From contig NW_021824289.1 in NCBI RefSeq assembly GCF_006345805.1, positions 1 to 19,987 of the forward strand: 19,987 nt of DNA, written 5' to 3'. The translations under genes and the position numbers were made by a program. Of the stretch, positions 16,900-19,987 are shown piece after piece (the stretch's first letter is position 1; every line of letters begins with the position of its first letter). The stretch is from Octopus sinensis (taxonomy: Eukaryota). The notes beneath the pieces were generated by a model. That model was not told the DNA's origin. It saw only the letters and a program-made list of their open reading frames with translations, and searched no databases.

Positions 16900-17125
16900 G
16901 TATGTTTAAGTCGCCCCATTACCACTTGACACCCTGTGTTGGTGTGTTTACATCCGCGTAACTGAGCGGTTTGGGAAAAGAGACCGATAGAATAAGTACT
17001 TGGCTTTGAGAAAAATAACTCCTGGGGTTGATTTGTTCAATTAAAACTCTTCAAGGCGGTGCTCCAACATGGCCACAGTCAAATGACTGAAGTAAGTAAA
17101 AGAATATAAAAGTAAAAGAATATAT
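16900..17125 (+). mobile_element. Diverged SINE family C 3' half ending ~25 nt before a splice acceptor
   Basis: aagagaccgatagaataagtact...aaggcggtgctccaacatggccacagtcaaatgactgaag...gtaaaagaata. Confidence 0.8.
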
Positions 17126-17148
17126 ACCTGCTACCCTTTGTTTTACAG

Positions 17149-17256
17149 GTGAGAGCCACCCAAGGCCCAGAACCCAAAATTTGGGTCTTTGATGCCAGTC
17201 ATGAAAGAAAACGGAAGTTACAGTTGATCAAGTTGTTTAACCGAACCCCTAAATTG
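17149..17256 (+). CDS. DMAP1: DMAP1 coding exon 6 (VRATQGPEPKIWVFDASHERKRKLQLIKLFNRTPKL)
   Basis: The FDA.HER.RK.QL..L.NRT motif; acceptor ttttacag at 17148; donor gtgagt at 17257; phase 0-0. Confidence 0.94.
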
Positions 17257-17300
17257 GTGAGTAGAATCAACCAAATGCAAGCATGGGTATATTTTGTTAT

Positions 17301-17560
17301 TATTACCTCTGCCTTACTGAAAGCGAAAGTATTGTTTTCAGTGATATTTGTTTGTTTGTCCGTGGACAAGATATCTCAAGAACCGCTGAATGGATTTGGA
17401 TGAAACTTTCAGAGATGTTTGGCCTCGTGACTGACACAAACTGATTAAATTTTGAGATTGATCCGGTATCGGACAAGGATTCTGGATTATTTTTCCAGAT
17501 TTTTTATTTGTTTTTTTTTTTGAGAGCAGTCAGGTTCATTTTTAGTATTGTCGTTTGTGA
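17301..17560 (+). mobile_element. Helentron-associated (HINE/DINE-like) non-autonomous fragment
   Basis: Starts tattacctctgcc, then gtttgtttgtccg...aagatatctcaagaaccgctgaatggatttggatgaaactt, the layout I associate with such elements. No termini confirmed. Confidence 0.5.
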
Positions 17561-17564
17561 AAGC

Positions 17565-17777
17565 AGTCTCTGTCTGTTTATCAGTCTGTCTGTCTGTCTA
17601 TTTATCTATCTATCTGTCTGTCTATCTATCTTTCTCTCCATCCATCCATCTACCTGTCTCTGTCTGTCTGTCCCTCCACTCATTGTGCATCCATTCATCC
17701 ATCTATCTGTCTGTCTGTTTATTTGCTAGTTTGTCCATCCATATATTTATCTATCTGTCTATCTATCGAGCTGTCTG

Positions 17778-17824
<47 letters not shown>

Positions 17825-18390
17825 CTCCAAAAAAAAAAAATCCCCCCCTTTTTTGTCCTCTTTCTTTCCCTTTACGATCCCTTTTGATTGAAAACCAAAC
17901 CCCCTTCTTTTACCCCCCAAAGAAAAGCTCTACCATGTAATTTTGTCCTGTCTGTGTGCAGCCCTGTGTGGCTAATAAAGAAACATATCTTTCTCTCCAT
18001 CCATCTATCTGTCCACCCATATCTGTCTGTCTGTCCATCTGTCCATTGATCCATCCATTCATCCGTCCGTCCATCCATCCTTCTGTCTGTTTATTTGCTA
18101 GTCTCTCCATCCATCTATTTCTCTGTCTGTCTATCTATCTATCTATTTATCTATCTATCTATTGATCTATCTATCTTTCTATCCATCCATCCATCTGTCC
18201 ACCCATTTCTGTCTGTCTGTCCATCCGTCCATCCATCCTTCTGTCTGTTTATTTGCTCGTCTGTCCATCCATTTATTTCTCTGTCTGTCTATCTACCTAT
18301 AAACTTATCCACACACCCATCCATCCATCCATTCATCCAGTACACCTGTCTCTCTCTCTCACTCTCTCTCTATCTCTCTATCTGACTAAC
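17565..18390. repeat. (ATCT/GTCT/ATCC)n microsatellite field with an embedded retroposon-like tail at ~17918-17990
   Basis: Direct reading; aaagaaaagctctaccatgtaatt...gtgtggctaataaagaaa matches the 7395 unit. Confidence 0.9.
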
Positions 18391-18445
18391 CCATCCATCA
18401 AAAATATCTCTCACTACCCACCTCTTCCCTCTCTTTTAACCACAG

Positions 18446-18643
18446 GTCGAGGAAGAGGAACACCTGATTGCTGAACTGAAGAAGATCGAACTTCGTAAGA
18501 AGGAACGCGAGAAAAAGACACAGGATCTGCAGAAGTTAATAACTGCTGCCGATAGCAACATAGACAATCGCCGTGTGGAGAGAAAGACCACAAAGAAGAA
18601 GGTCTATCAACAGCAGAAGCTCAAGGAAGGCAGCCTCTCCACC
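18446..18643 (+). CDS. DMAP1: DMAP1 coding exon 7, coiled-coil/basic region (VEEEEHLIAELKKIELRKKEREKKTQDLQKLITAAD...EGSLST); gene continues beyond the window
   Basis: The EL.KIE.RKKEREK..QDLQKLITAAD motif; acceptor ttttaaccacag at 18445; donor gtacgt at 18644, phase 0. Confidence 0.95.
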
Positions 18644-18792
18644 GTACGTTCATTCACTTGATTATCATTATTTTCTTAAATGGTGGTCATGGTTGACTAT
18701 TTTTTGTTCATTCCGTGAATTTCCTCCGGAATCTTTAAGTTTACTCCTAATGTCTCTCTTTGTAATGTAATATAGCTAATTAATAATTAAAA

Positions 18793-19207
18793 GGCGGCGC
18801 GCTGGCAGACACGTTAGCGCGCCGGACGAAATGCTTAGCGGTATTTCGTCTGTCGTTACGTTCTGAGTTCAAATTCCGCCGAGGTCAACTTTGCCTTTCA
18901 TCCTTTCGGGGTCGATAAATTAAGTACCAGTTTCGCACTGGGGTCGATGTAATTGACTTAATCCGTTTGTCTGTCCTTGTTTGTCCCCTTTATGTTTAGC
19001 CCCTTGAGGGTAATAAAGAAATAGGTATTTCGTCTGTCGTTACGTTCTGAGTTCAAATTCCACCGAGGTCAACTTTGCCTTTCATCCTTTCGGGGTCGAT
19101 AAATTAAGTACCAGTTTCACACTGGGGTCGATGTAATTGACTTAATCCGTTTGTCTGTCCTTGTTTGTCCCCTTTATGTTTAGCCCCTTGTGGGCAGTAA
19201 AGAAATA
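18793..19207 (+). mobile_element. SINE family B with tandem duplication of its 3' ~185 bp (18793-19022, 19023-19207)
   Basis: ggtatttcgtctgtcgttacg...taaagaaata occurs twice; probable TSD aataattaa (18782-18790, 19208-19216). Confidence 0.9.
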
Positions 19208-19216
19208 AATAATTAA

Positions 19217-19428
19217 CTGGCAGAATCATTAACTGTGCTGGATAAAAATGTTTAGTGGCATTTTGTCCATCTTTACATTCTGAGTTCCAGTTCTGCTTCG
19301 GTTGACTTTACTTTTCATCCTTCTCGGGGTCGATAAAATAAGAACCAGCTGAACACTGGAGTCAATGTAATCAATTTAAACCCCTCACTCAAATTTGCTG
19401 GCCTTGTGCCAAAATATGAAACCAATTT
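19217..19428 (+). mobile_element. Older family B-related SINE with a different 3' tail
   Basis: Shares the head and the ttcatccttctcggggtcgataaaat block; ends tgctggccttgtgccaaaatatgaaacc. Confidence 0.7.
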
Positions 19429-19544
19429 AGTTAATTATAAATTTACTGGTTAAGTCATGCTGAAGGTTTTTAAAAAGGCTGAAATAGTACTGTACATAAA
19501 TACCTCTGACTAGAAATTGTAAGAACTTTGCCATACATATAGAT

Positions 19545-19707
19545 ACAGACACCGGCATATATGTGTGGTAAGAAGTTTGCTTCCCAACTACATGGTTCCA
19601 GGTTCAGTCCCTTTGTATGGTATCTTGGGCAAGTGTCTTCTACTACAGCCTTGGGTCAGCCAATGTGTCGTGAGTGGATTTGATTAATGAGAACTGAAAA
19701 AAGCCCA
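19545..19707 (+). mobile_element. Diverged SINE family C 5' half
   Basis: gtgtggtaagaagtttgcttcccaac...cttgggcaagtgtcttctac...gaaaaaagccc. Confidence 0.8.
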
Positions 19708-19917
19708 TACTCTTTACTCTTTTACTTGTTTCAGTCATTTGACTGCGGCCATGCTGGAGCACCGCCTTTAGTCGAGCAAATCGACCCCGGGACTTATTCT
19801 TTGTAAGCCCAGTACTTATTCTATCGGTCTCTTTTGCCGAACCGCTAAGTGATGAGGACGTAAACATACCAGCATCGGTTGTCAAGCAATGCTAGGGGGA
19901 CAACCACAGACACACAA

Positions 19918-19983
<66 letters not shown>

Positions 19984-19987
19984 GACA
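19708..19987 (-). mobile_element. SINE family C 3' half (runs off the window)
   Basis: Tail tactctttactcttttac through the central (TA)n, near-identical to 4406-4625. Confidence 0.88.

Noticed and set aside
19545-19987. Twin-priming inversion of a single SINE C
   Set aside because: The tail lies at the internal junction rather than the outer edge, and the two halves differ in divergence; two insertions fit better.

Overview
Eukaryotic, AT-rich and very repeat-dense genomic DNA. The repeat families look octopus-like (recognition only, not a database result). The main feature is the 5' part of DMAP1 (DNA methyltransferase 1-associated protein 1, a Swc4/Eaf2 orthologue and NuA4/TIP60 and SRCAP subunit) on the + strand. 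Seven coding exons (7077-18643) with canonical GT-AG introns splice into one open frame of about 304 codons, including the SANT domain, and the gene continues past the window. A CpG-richer unique island at about 3100-3460 holds a candidate non-coding DMAP1 first exon overlapping, in antisense, a candidate first coding exon of an unidentified divergent gene. The rest is mostly transposon-derived: a 5' irritans-type mariner fragment joined to a CR1 3' end and an RTE RT fragment, several tRNA-headed SINE families (my labels A, B, C, G; many nested), RTE-like 3' ends (label D), one complete non-autonomous Helitron, MITE/Helentron-like pieces, two long hairpins, many tandem duplications and microsatellites. 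The most unusual signals are a hammerhead-like motif with a G3-C8 swapped core in a 119-bp palindrome, a SINE flanked by a 132/146-bp direct repeat, and an 8-unit SINE-tail array with a 338-bp higher-order repeat. All family assignments are from manual reading and need database confirmation.
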